Shown piece by piece: positions 43,390 to 52,494 of a stretch of 64,000 bases of DNA. The notes below the pieces were generated by a model. That model was not told where the DNA came from and ran no database searches. It saw only the letters and a program-made list of their open reading frames with translations. Source of the DNA: Segatella copri (GTDB lineage Bacteria > Bacteroidota > Bacteroidia > Bacteroidales > Bacteroidaceae); contig JAJWAL010000001.1 of assembly GCA_021618535.1 (NCBI GenBank), forward strand, positions 5,503-69,502, given 5' to 3'. Within the stretch, counting starts at the first letter, position 1. Every line of letters starts with the position of its first letter. A program made the position numbers and the translations under genes.

Positions 43390-43517
43390 TGCCCTCAGGG
43401 TTGTAATGCCGTCTGCTGTCGCCTTACGCCCTGAAAGGGCAGAAGCTCATAGCCCAGGGCAATCGCCCTGGGTTTTATTTTTGTAATACCCCTGCGCCCT
43501 GTAAGGGCAAAAGCTTT
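43390..43517. repeat. REP-like cluster of GCCC/GGGC hairpins
   Basis: CGCCCTGAAAGGGCAGAAGCT, CCCAGGGCAATCGCCCTGGG, CGCCCTGTAAGGGCAAAAGCT. Confidence 0.75.
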
Positions 43518-43557
43518 AAAATACCCGTCTTTTTTTACTAAACGGCAATGGAAAAAT

Positions 43558-43672
43558 CCTCAACTTGCACAATGAAAATGCCACAATCTGCACAATGAAA
43601 TAGCCTCAACTTGCACAATGAAATAGCCTCAACTTGCACAATGAAATAGCCACAACTTGCACAATGAAACGC
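43558..43672. repeat. Five tandem 23-bp iteron-like repeats
   Basis: Consensus CCWCAACTTGCACAATGAAATAG; units start 43558, 43581, 43604, 43627, 43650. Confidence 0.92.
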
Positions 43673-43876
43673 TTAAGTTGTTGATATTCAACAATGTTAT
43701 CCCCACTATCTTTTTCAATGAATTGCCTTATATAATAAGGTGTAAACCTGTTTTTTCCTTCTTTCTCTTGATTCTTTTCACTTTTTAGTGCTTTTTAATG
43801 TTAAATCTATCTGTTATTTGGTGACAGAATTAATTCTTTTTCTTATATTTGTCAACAAATTTAAGAGCAGACAATT

Positions 43877-44860
43877 ATGATTAATGAATCATTTTCTATA
43901 AGATTGCGGGAAGCGCGACAGATGATGGGGCTCAGCATGGATAAACTCGTAGAGCGGACCAACGGAGCCATCACCAAGCAGAGCATATCCCGATATGAGA
44001 AAGGCATTATGCGCCCTAAGCGTGATGCCCTGCAAGCCATAGCCAAAGCCCTCAATATCAGCGAGGAATATTTCGAAGGAACCAATCTCAAGATAGATAT
44101 GCCTATGCTCCGCACCACCTCCAATGGCAAGTTGTCCGAAGACGAGTTGCAAGCCCTTGAAGCAAAACTCTCTTTTTGGGCAGAGCAGTATCTAGCCAAG
44201 GAGAAAGAAGCGGGTTTCCCTACCCGGTTCAAGAATCCGATAAAAGGTACCAAGGTATCAACCCTTGAAGATGCCATCCATGCTGCCGACCTTCTTCGTG
44301 AAAAGTGGCATTGCGGTGATGGTCCCATCGCCAGCATTCTGAGACTCTTGGAAAGAAAAGGTATCATGATACTTGCTGCTAATCTTCCAAAGTATGTCTT
44401 CGGAATGAGCACCTGGGCAGACAAGAAGCATCCGTTGATGATTCTCGATTTCAATCCGGAAAAGAGTAGCGTAGAGAAACTTCGCTTCACGGCAGTACAT
44501 GAGTTGGCTCATCTGCTTCTCCTCTTCCCGGAAGACAGTCCGCTGAAATTGGAGAAGCGTTGTGATCTCTTTGCCAGTTTCTTCCTCCTTCCTAAGTTGG
44601 CGCTAATCGAAGAGTTAGGTTCCAAGAAGCGTGAGAAGATAACGCTGGAGGAGATGATAGACATCAAGGAACTGTATGGCGCATCTCTCGCCGCTTCCAT
44701 CATCGCCGCCAGGGATTACGGCATCATTACCACCGAGTATAAACGGGCATGGTATGCCGAGCATATAGAGCCTAATCCTCGAGAAATAGGTAATGGCCAC
44801 TATGCATTTCCTGAGACATTGGGAAGGGAGAAGAGAGTCAATTCGATAGTAGATTCGTGA
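43877..44860 (+). CDS. XRE-family HTH fused to ImmA/IrrE (peptidase M78) metallopeptidase
   Basis: RLREARQMMGLSMDKL...SISRYEKG HTH; RFTAVHELAH (HExxH), EKRCDLFASFFLLP. Confidence 0.9.
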   Translation: MINESFSIRLREARQMMGLSMDKLVERTNGAITKQSISRYEKGIMRPKRDALQAIAKALNISEEYFEGTNLKIDMPMLRTTSNGKLSEDELQALEAKLSFWAEQYLAKEKEAGFPTRFKNPIKGTKVSTLEDAIHAADLLREKWHCGDGPIASILRLLERKGIMILAANLPKYVFGMSTWADKKHPLMILDFNPEKSSVEKLRFTAVHELAHLLLLFPEDSPLKLEKRCDLFASFFLLPKLALIEELGSKKREKITLEEMIDIKELYGASLAASIIAARDYGIITTEYKRAWYAEHIEPNPREIGNGHYAFPETLGREKRVNSIVDS

Positions 44861-44936
44861 ATGTTGAATGTCGGTGTAAATGTCAGCATTTGATGATATT
44901 TAAAATAGAAAATACTAATTCTTAATAGTGTTAGAT

Positions 44937-45116
44937 ATGAAGCAGAATAATAATGAACAAATCGTCTTCGATATGTTCGAAGAGGTTGCAACCGAAAGCA
45001 TCGCTGAGGCTCGGAACGCATACACCTATGAAGAAATTGATGGGTGCTATCAGGAGGCGAAAGAGATTGCTGATCATGTAAGGATGAACTTGCTGGAGAA
45101 AATGGGAGGTACATAA
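44937..45116 (+). CDS. Small acidic hypothetical protein (59 aa)
   Basis: ATG after AT-rich leader; MKQNNNEQIVFDMFEEVATESIAEARNAYTYEEIDGCYQEAKEIADHVRMNLLEKMGGT; coding-like composition. Confidence 0.6.
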   Translation: MKQNNNEQIVFDMFEEVATESIAEARNAYTYEEIDGCYQEAKEIADHVRMNLLEKMGGT

Positions 45117-45117
45117 A

Positions 45118-45205
45118 AACAAAAACTCCCACCGAAGCGGGAGTATAGGTTTTACACCTTCGGCAATTACTGCCTTATTGTGATAAGATGTAGGAAATCT
45201 TATTT
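45118..45205 (-). ncRNA. tracrRNA
   Basis: Minus strand GATTTCCTACATCTTATCACAAT pairs with repeat 5' GTTGTGG/GATGTAGGAATC; then AAGGC...GCCG nexus-like hairpin and ACTCCCGC-TTCG-GTGGGAGT terminator with U-tract; TATATTTG -7 box at 45220-45213. Confidence 0.88.
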
Positions 45206-45212
45206 TCTGCTG

Positions 45213-45262
45213 CAAATATAATATAAAATATTTGTTTATCCAATAAAAAAGTTGTAATTTTA
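45213..45262. promoter_or_regulatory. Overlapping divergent promoters for tracrRNA (-) and cas9 (+)
   Basis: Minus: TTGG-N19-TATATTTG. Plus: TTTG(45231)-N20-TAATTTTA, one mismatch to TAnnTTTG. Confidence 0.55.
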
Positions 45263-45299
45263 CAGAAAATTAATAATTAAGTATATAAAACTATACAAT

Positions 45300-48200
45300 A
45301 TGACTAAAATACTTGGAATTGATACTGGTACCAATAGTCTTGGATGGGCTATTGTGGAAAAACAGGCAGATGAATATCATTTGCTTGATAAAGGTGTTAA
45401 CATCTTCCAGGAAGGTGTTAAGATAGAAAAAGGCATAGAGTCTTCTAAAGCAGCTGAGCGTACGGCTCATAAAGCTGCAAGGGTAAGAAACTATCGAATT
45501 AAATTACGTAAGATACGTTTGCTTCGTATTTTAAGTGATGCACATTTGTGTCCACCACTTTCTAAGGCAGAACTTTCAGCATGGAGACTCAAGAAAGAGT
45601 ATCCTAAGAATGAATTGTTTATGCAATGGCAAAGTACTGATGATGAATCAGAAAAGACACCATACGCTTATAGACATAAGTGTCTTCATGAGTGTCTAGA
45701 TTTCAACAGCATGACTGATAGGTATATTTTGGGGCGTGCTTTTTATCACATAATTCAGCGTCGTGGCTTTTTGAGTAATCGTAAAGATCAGAGTGGTGAT
45801 GATACAGGAAAAGTAAAAGAAAGTATCAGCAACCTGACTCAGGAGATGCACGATGATGGTTATGAGTATTTAGGTGATTATTTCTATTCTCTCTATAATA
45901 AGGGAGAGAAAATTCGCAATCATTATACTGCACGAAATGAACATTATCTGGCAGAGTTTAAGGCTATTTGTGAAAAGCAGAAGTTAGATGAGAATCTAGG
46001 TCCAGAGATAGTACGCCAAATAGAAAAAGCCATTTTTGATCAGCGGCCATTAAAGTCACAAAAGGGACAAGTGGGCAAATGTGTGTTTGAGAAGAACAAA
46101 ACGAAATGTCCTTCTTCACATCCTATGTATGAAGAGTTTAGAATGCTCTCTTTTATCAATAATATTAAAATTCAGACACCAAATGATTCAGCTTTACGCC
46201 CTTTGTCTGCAGAAGAGCGAGAAATTATTATGCCTTTGTTCTTCCGCAAATCAAAGAAACAGTTTGATTTTGAAGATATAGCAAAGAAATTGGCTCCAAA
46301 GAAACATTATGGCTTTTACAAGAAGAGTTCTGATGCAGAAATGCCATATCTTTTCAATTTCCCTATGGATACATCTGTTTCTGGTTGTCCTGTAACTGCT
46401 GCTCTGAAAGATATATTTGGAGAGAATTGGATTGATGCTCTTTTTGAGACCTATACGCTAGCTGAGGGTAAAAGTCGATTGGATGTTGTTAATGATATTT
46501 GGCATGCATTGTTCTTCTATACAGATGAAACGAAACTTGCTGAGTTTGGTAAAAATCGTCTGCAATTGAATGATGAAGAAGCAAAGAAGTTTTCTGAGAT
46601 ATCTTTGCCAAGTGATTATGCGTCTTTAAGTTTGAAGGCTATCTGTAAGATTCTTCCTTATCTTAGAAGAGGCTTGATTTATTCTCACGCCGTATTCTTG
46701 GGTAACTTATGTGAAGTGATGCCGCAATACGAATGGAATATAGAGGAAATGCGTAATGCAGCCATTGATAATGTTATCCATGAAATGAATCAGATTGATT
46801 CTAAAGATGCACGTACTTTCGAGGTGTGTATTAAAGAATATCTGAAGGAACAGTATCATGTATCTGATGAGAAACTCAAGAAACTATATCATCCTTCTAT
46901 GATGGAGATGTATCCTAGTGTGCAACGCACCAATAATCATGGTGTTTATCAGCTAGGTTCACCTCGAATTGATAGTGTGCGTAATCCAATGGCTATGCGT
47001 TCTATGTTCAGATTGCGTAAATTGGTAAACCGCTTGTTGGAGGAAGGTAAGATAGATCAAGATACAGAAATTCATATTGAGTTTGCTCGTGAATTGAATG
47101 ATGCTAATAAACGTAATGCTATTGCAGCATACACAAAAGAAAATCAAAACAAGAATGATGAGGCTCGCAAGAAAATAAGAATTCTCTTTAAGGCAGAAAC
47201 GGGAAATGATATAGAACCAACTGATGTAGATGTCTTGAAATATGTTCTCTGGGAAGAACAGGGGCACATCTGTTTATATACGGGTAAGCAAATACGGATA
47301 TCAGACTTTGTTGGAGCTAATCCAAAGTTTGATATAGAGCATACGATTCCTCGTAGTGTAGGTGGTGACAGTACAAGAATGAATTTGACTCTCTGTGATA
47401 GTCGATTCAATAGAGAAATCAAGAAAACCAAGTTGCCGACAGAGTTGTCTGAACATGATGATATTATGGCACGTGTTAATGACTGGAGAGAAAAGTATGA
47501 GTCTCTTGATGGTCAAATACGTAGACAAAAAAAGTTATCAAAGGGAGCAACTACTAAAGATCAAAAGGATGCGCTCATTCGTAAACGGCATCTTTTGGAA
47601 TTGCAACGCGATTACTGGCGAGGTAAGTATTTACGTTTCACGATGGAAAGTGTACCTGATGGATTTAGTCGTCGTCAAGGTACGGATATCAGCGTGATTT
47701 CTAAGTATGCACGTCTTTATTTGAAATCCCTTTTCAAGCATGTCTATACTGTTAAAGGTATTGCGACTTCTGATTTTAGAAAGATTTGGGGTATCCAAAA
47801 GGTATATAGTAAGAAGGAACGTGTAAATCATGTGCATCATTGTATTGATGCCATTGTTATTGCATGTATTGGCTTAGATGAATATAATAAGTTGGGAGCA
47901 TATTATCATGATGAAGAAAATCATGAATGGTATGGCATGTCAAAGGCTTATTTTAAAAAGCCTTGGTCTACATTTGTTGAGGATGTTGAGAAGGTGCAAG
48001 ATGAAATCTTGGTTTATCATTATACACCAGATAATATGCCAAAGCAAGGACGCCGTAGAATTCTTATTGATGGGAAAAAGGTTTTATCTAAAGGTGATGC
48101 TGCAAGAGGATCATTGCATAACGATACTTACTATGGAGCTATAGAGAGTGATGGTGTCGTAAAATACGTTAAGCGTATAAATTTGGCATCAATGAAGGAG

Positions 48201-48944
48201 AATGATGTCAAAAATATCGTGGATGATACAGTAAGAGGTATAATTGAAGCTGCTATTAATGAGAAGGGCTTCAAAGAAGCGATGTCTAGTACAATATGGA
48301 TGAATGAAGAGAAACAAATACCAATTAAAAAGGTAAGATGCTATACTCCTTCTGTAACGAAACCTTTGAATATTCGCCAACAGCGAGATGTTTCATCAAA
48401 AGAATACAAGCAACAATATCATGTCACCAATGATAGCAACTATTTGCTTGCATTGTACATTGGTAAGGATAAAAAGGGTAAGGAAAAGCGTGAATTTGAG
48501 ATAATAAATATGTTGCAAACTGCACAATATTTTAAAACAAGTAATGACAAAGTCGCTGTTGGAAAAAATATTGTGCCGTTGAAGAGTGAACATGATTATC
48601 CATTTGCATATTCTTTAAAGATAGGAACAATGGTACTTCTTTACGAAAAAACTCCAAATGAGATATGGGATGCTTCTCTTATGGATAATAATAAACGTCT
48701 CTATAAAGTTGTGGGATTATCTGCAATGAGAATGAAAGGACGAAATGTTGACTATGCAACAATAAAGTTGAAACATCATGAGGAGGCTCGTCTAAGTACA
48801 GAACTTAAAGCGAAAAATGGCGCATTTAAGCAAGGAGAAGAATTGCGCCCTTCAATAATTATGCTTCATACTCAGCTCAATGCCTTAGTTCAAGGTTACG
48901 ATTTCGAGATTAATGAATTAGGTAAAATTAAAAGATTAAGATAA
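45300..48944 (+). CDS. cas9: Type II-C CRISPR endonuclease Cas9 (1214 aa)
   Basis: RuvC-I LGIDTGTNSLGWA, Arg-rich helix, RuvC-II IHIEFARE, HNH DIEHTIPRS...N...N, RuvC-III HHCIDA; no csn2 or cas4. Confidence 0.97.
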   Translation: MTKILGIDTGTNSLGWAIVEKQADEYHLLDKGVNIFQEGVKIEKGIESSKAAERTAHKAARVRNYRIKLRKIRLLRILSDAHLCPPLSKAELSAWRLKKEYPKNELFMQWQSTDDESEKTPYAYRHKCLHECLDFNSMTDRYILGRAFYHIIQRRGFLSNRKDQSGDDTGKVKESISNLTQEMHDDGYEYLGDYFYSLYNKGEKIRNHYTARNEHYLAEFKAICEKQKLDENLGPEIVRQIEKAIFDQRPLKSQKGQVGKCVFEKNKTKCPSSHPMYEEFRMLSFINNIKIQTPNDSALRPLSAEEREIIMPLFFRKSKKQFDFEDIAKKLAPKKHYGFYKKSSDAEMPYLFNFPMDTSVSGCPVTAALKDIFGENWIDALFETYTLAEGKSRLDVVNDIWHALFFYTDETKLAEFGKNRLQLNDEEAKKFSEISLPSDYASLSLKAICKILPYLRRGLIYSHAVFLGNLCEVMPQYEWNIEEMRNAAIDNVIHEMNQIDSKDARTFEVCIKEYLKEQYHVSDEKLKKLYHPSMMEMYPSVQRTNNHGVYQLGSPRIDSVRNPMAMRSMFRLRKLVNRLLEEGKIDQDTEIHIEFARELNDANKRNAIAAYTKENQNKNDEARKKIRILFKAETGNDIEPTDVDVLKYVLWEEQGHICLYTGKQIRISDFVGANPKFDIEHTIPRSVGGDSTRMNLTLCDSRFNREIKKTKLPTELSEHDDIMARVNDWREKYESLDGQIRRQKKLSKGATTKDQKDALIRKRHLLELQRDYWRGKYLRFTMESVPDGFSRRQGTDISVISKYARLYLKSLFKHVYTVKGIATSDFRKIWGIQKVYSKKERVNHVHHCIDAIVIACIGLDEYNKLGAYYHDEENHEWYGMSKAYFKKPWSTFVEDVEKVQDEILVYHYTPDNMPKQGRRRILIDGKKVLSKGDAARGSLHNDTYYGAIESDGVVKYVKRINLASMKENDVKNIVDDTVRGIIEAAINEKGFKEAMSSTIWMNEEKQIPIKKVRCYTPSVTKPLNIRQQRDVSSKEYKQQYHVTNDSNYLLALYIGKDKKGKEKREFEIINMLQTAQYFKTSNDKVAVGKNIVPLKSEHDYPFAYSLKIGTMVLLYEKTPNEIWDASLMDNNKRLYKVVGLSAMRMKGRNVDYATIKLKHHEEARLSTELKAKNGAFKQGEELRPSIIMLHTQLNALVQGYDFEINELGKIKRLR

Positions 48945-48946
48945 AA

Positions 48947-49831
48947 ATGATTAAGCAGACATTGTTCTTTTCAACACCAGTTTGTCTTTCACTCAAGAAT
49001 TGCCAGATTGTAATCTCTTGGAAAGATTGTGCCGACAAGATAACACGCCCTATTGAAGATATAGGGTGTGTTGTCTTGGAAAATCAAATGATAAGCATTA
49101 CTTTGCCGCTTCTCAACGAGTTGGTAAAGAATAATGTTGCTGTTATCTTATGTGATAACAAAATGATGCCAACATCTATGTTGCAAAGCTTAGATGCTAA
49201 TACAACGCAAGCTGAAAGTTTAAAATTTCAGCTTGCTGTTACTGAGCCAATGAAAAAGCAAGCCTGGAAACAGATTATAGAGTCAAAGATAGCAAATCAA
49301 TCCGCAGTCTTGGGACTTGCTGGTAAGAATAAAGATATTCTCAAACCTTATTATAATAATGTTAAGAGTGGAGATTCAGACAATAGGGAGGGATTAGCGG
49401 CAAAGGTGTATTGGAATAGCCTTTTCGGTAACTCCTTTAAAAGAGAAAGGGATGGATGTCCGCCTAATGCTCTTCTAAATTATGGCTATGCTATATTACG
49501 TGCAGCTGTTGCACGTGCTTTGTTAGGTTCTGGTTTACTTCCGAATTTGGGTATCTTCCATAAAAGCAGATATAATGCTTTTCCTTTAGCTGATGATGCA
49601 ATGGAACCATATCGACCATTTGTTGACGAAATCGTTTATCGGCTTTATGGAAATGGAACTACAGAACTGAATAAAGAATCAAAGGCTGAGATAATGCGTG
49701 TGTTGAATTGTGATGTCAATATAGGGAAGGTTAAACGACCTTTACAGATAGCTTTGACCATTACGACTGCCTCTCTTGTTAAATATTATTCTGGAGAAAT
49801 AAAAAAACTTTCCTTACCTATTATGACATGA
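48947..49831 (+). CDS. cas1: CRISPR integrase Cas1
   Basis: NREGLAAKVYW, NALLNYGYAILR, LGIFH, LADDAMEPYRP. Confidence 0.97.
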   Translation: MIKQTLFFSTPVCLSLKNCQIVISWKDCADKITRPIEDIGCVVLENQMISITLPLLNELVKNNVAVILCDNKMMPTSMLQSLDANTTQAESLKFQLAVTEPMKKQAWKQIIESKIANQSAVLGLAGKNKDILKPYYNNVKSGDSDNREGLAAKVYWNSLFGNSFKRERDGCPPNALLNYGYAILRAAVARALLGSGLLPNLGIFHKSRYNAFPLADDAMEPYRPFVDEIVYRLYGNGTTELNKESKAEIMRVLNCDVNIGKVKRPLQIALTITTASLVKYYSGEIKKLSLPIMT

Positions 49832-50190
49832 CTGAAGATAGACTAAATGCTTATCATATAATGTGGTTATTTGTGTTTTTCGATTTACCTGTTACTACGA
49901 AAAAAGAGATGAAGGCTGCTTCTCTTTTTCGTAAAAACTTAGAGAAAGATGGTTTCTCTATGATGCAATTTTCTGTCTATATCCGTCATTGTGCATCAAG
50001 GGAAAGTTTGGAAGTGCATGTAAAACGGGTAAAATCTTTGCTTCCGGAGACAGGAAAAGTTAGTTTATTAAGTGTTACAGATAAGCAATATGGAGATATC
50101 TATAACTTCTGGGGTAAGCCCAAAAGTATTAATAAGAGTAAAATATCGAAAAAAGTTATCAGTGAACCTATTCAATTGGAGTTTTTTTAG
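49828..50190 (+). CDS. cas2: CRISPR-associated Cas2
   Basis: WLFVFFDLPV, FRKNLEKDGFSMMQFSVY; ATGA overlap with cas1. Confidence 0.96.
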   Translation: MTEDRLNAYHIMWLFVFFDLPVTTKKEMKAASLFRKNLEKDGFSMMQFSVYIRHCASRESLEVHVKRVKSLLPETGKVSLLSVTDKQYGDIYNFWGKPKSINKSKISKKVISEPIQLEFF

Positions 50191-50282
50191 TACTTTTGCA
50201 TTAGAAATTATATCCTACTCACCATTTCTTATTAGATGAAGTTCTTGTTATGCGCTGAAAATCAGCTTGTTCTAATCTGTAG
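50191..50282 (+). promoter_or_regulatory. CRISPR leader with TACTTTTG -7 box
   Basis: AT-rich 92 bp between cas2 and repeat 1; TAnnTTTG match at 50191-50198. Confidence 0.7.
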
Positions 50283-52188
50283 GTTGTGGTTTGATGTAGG
50301 AATCAAAAGATATACAACGAAAGGATGTCGCGCCCGCCCGCATCCATCGTTGTGGTTTGATGTAGGAATCAAAAGATATACAACCAATAAAGGTTCATCA
50401 GAAACACTCATAGGGTTGTGGTTTGATGTAGGAATCAAAAGATATACAACCTGTACGAGCATTAGTAAAGATTGTAGTGGGTTGTGGTTTGATGTAGGAA
50501 TCAAAAGATATACAACGTGAACACGGTCTATACCAGTTTTATACTGTTGTGGTTTGATGTAGGAATCAAAAGATATACAACTTCCTATTGAATAAGAAGG
50601 TCTAAAGACAGTTGTGGTTTGATGTAGGAATCAAAAGATATACAACAAATTTTAAATCAAGAATCGTATGCCACAAGTTGTGGTTTGATGTAGGAATCAA
50701 AAGATATACAACCATTTTGTTATTCATTTATTTTGCAAGCGCGTTGTGGTTTGATGTAGGAATCAAAAGATATACAACCAAGAGGAGAAGGAACAGATAA
50801 AATATCTGTTGTGGTTTGATGTAGGAATCAAAAGATATACAACAATCCAACGGTAAAATAGCAGCGTCTACAGTTGTGGTTTGATGTAGGAATCAAAAGA
50901 TATACAACGCAATCTAGGAGCCGACGCAGAAATCAAAGTTGTGGTTTGATGTAGGAATCAAAAGATATACAACTCATCTAAACCAATAGGGCATGCACCG
51001 AAGTTGTGGTTTGATGTAGGAATCAAAAGATATACAACCTTTTGTTTAATCTGAGAATCAGCAGTAGAGTTGTGGTTTGATGTAGGAATCAAAAGATATA
51101 CAACTGAAATTACGAAAATAATCACTAGAGTGCGTTGTGGTTTGATGTAGGAATCAAAAGATATACAACATCGAAATATTTTTTATCTGACTCAAGAGGT
51201 TGTGGTTTGATGTAGGAATCAAAAGATATACAACAACGCTTACGCTGAGCGGAAGGCGAGTTAGTTGTGGTTTGATGTAGGAATCAAAAGATATACAACG
51301 AGTCAACTGCGTAAACGAAGTTCTTAGGGTTGTGGTTTGATGTAGGAATCAAAAGATATACAACGGGTTAAGTGCTGCAATTGCAGCTACACTGTTGTGG
51401 TTTGATGTAGGAATCAAAAGATATACAACGATTGGGATTATCTTAACGATACATCATTTGTTGTGGTTTGATGTAGGAATCAAAAGATATACAACGTACT
51501 ATCGAGCGTTAAAAGCAACGCTCGAGTTGTGGTTTGATGTAGGAATCAAAAGATATACAACGATACCTTCACCAATCGCCTCATAGATTTAGTTGTGGTT
51601 TGATGTAGGAATCAAAAGATATACAACACAAGGCACGTGAGGCAGAGGAGTTCAAGGTTGTGGTTTGATGTAGGAATCAAAAGATATACAACGTACAACA
51701 GAAAGATATTGCCGATAAATTGTTGTGGTTTGATGTAGGAATCAAAAGATATACAACAGAAAGCAATCTCCAATTATCAGCCTAATGGTTGTGGTTTGAT
51801 GTAGGAATCAAAAGATATACAACTAGTTCTAAGACTAGAATCAGGGTTCTGAGTTGTGGTTTGATGTAGGAATCAAAAGATATACAACAAAGAAATGGCT
51901 CGATGGAGACAACTCCGGTTGTGGTTTGATGTAGGAATCAAAAGATATACAACGCAGAAAGGACTGTCACCCTCCTGCCGTAGTTGTGGTTTGATGTAGG
52001 AATCAAAAGATATACAACAGCATTAAGTTTACCTTTACCTTTACCAAGTTGTGGTTTGATGTAGGAATCAAAAGATATACAACCGGGGCTACATGTGCTG
52101 AACTTGCTTCCAGTTGTGGTTTGATGTAGGAATCAAAAGATATACAATGCGCTCGATGCTGCGATAGAGTACCGGAAGTTGTGGTTTG
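50283..52188 (+). CRISPR. CRISPR array: 29 full 36-bp repeats plus one truncated terminal repeat, 29 spacers of 29-30 bp
   Basis: Repeat GTTGTGGTTTGATGTAGGAATCAAAAGATATACAAC; repeat 29 (52113) ends CAAT; repeat 30 (52178) keeps only GTTGTGGTTTG; orientation from tracrRNA pairing and distal degeneration. Confidence 0.98.
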
Positions 52189-52195
52189 CTTTAGT

Positions 52196-52393
52196 CTCCT
52201 TCTGCCATCGCATTCTTCTCCTCCAGCCACAGCATTCGACTCCTTCAGCCATCGGATTCGACTCCTTCGGCCATCGGATTCGACTCCTTCAGCCACCGCA
52301 GCCGTCTCATTCGGCTAATGCATTCGACTCCTTCAGCCATCGCAGCCGACTCATTCACCTAATTCAGTCGTCTCATTCAGCCAAATCAGCCGT
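52196..52393. repeat. Nine degenerate 22-bp tandem repeats
   Basis: Consensus about CTCCTTCAGCCATCGCATTCGA, units every 22 bp from 52196. Confidence 0.85.
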
Positions 52394-52406
52394 ATGTGTT
52401 AACTCT

Positions 52407-52494
52407 ATGAAGTAGATGAAGTCGCGAAATGAAGTACATGAACTCGCAAAATGAAGTGGATGAACTTGCATAATGAAGTTCATGATTTCGGCAC
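52407..52494. repeat. Four degenerate 22-bp tandem repeats
   Basis: ATGAAGTnnATGA units at 52407, 52429, 52451, 52473. Confidence 0.8.

Noticed and set aside
50283..50318. Promoter inside each repeat as in Neisseria II-C arrays
   Set aside because: No exact TAnnTTTG on either strand; nearest (TATCTTTTG) is antisense to the crRNA; a leader box exists
50283..52188. Type VI-B (Cas13b) assignment suggested by the 36-nt GTTG...CAAC repeat
   Set aside because: No cas13/HEPN gene; cas9 is adjacent and a matching tracrRNA anti-repeat is present
50236..52415. ORFs with repeating LWFDVGIKRYTT or VVYLLIPTSNHN
   Set aside because: Translations of the CRISPR repeats, not genes
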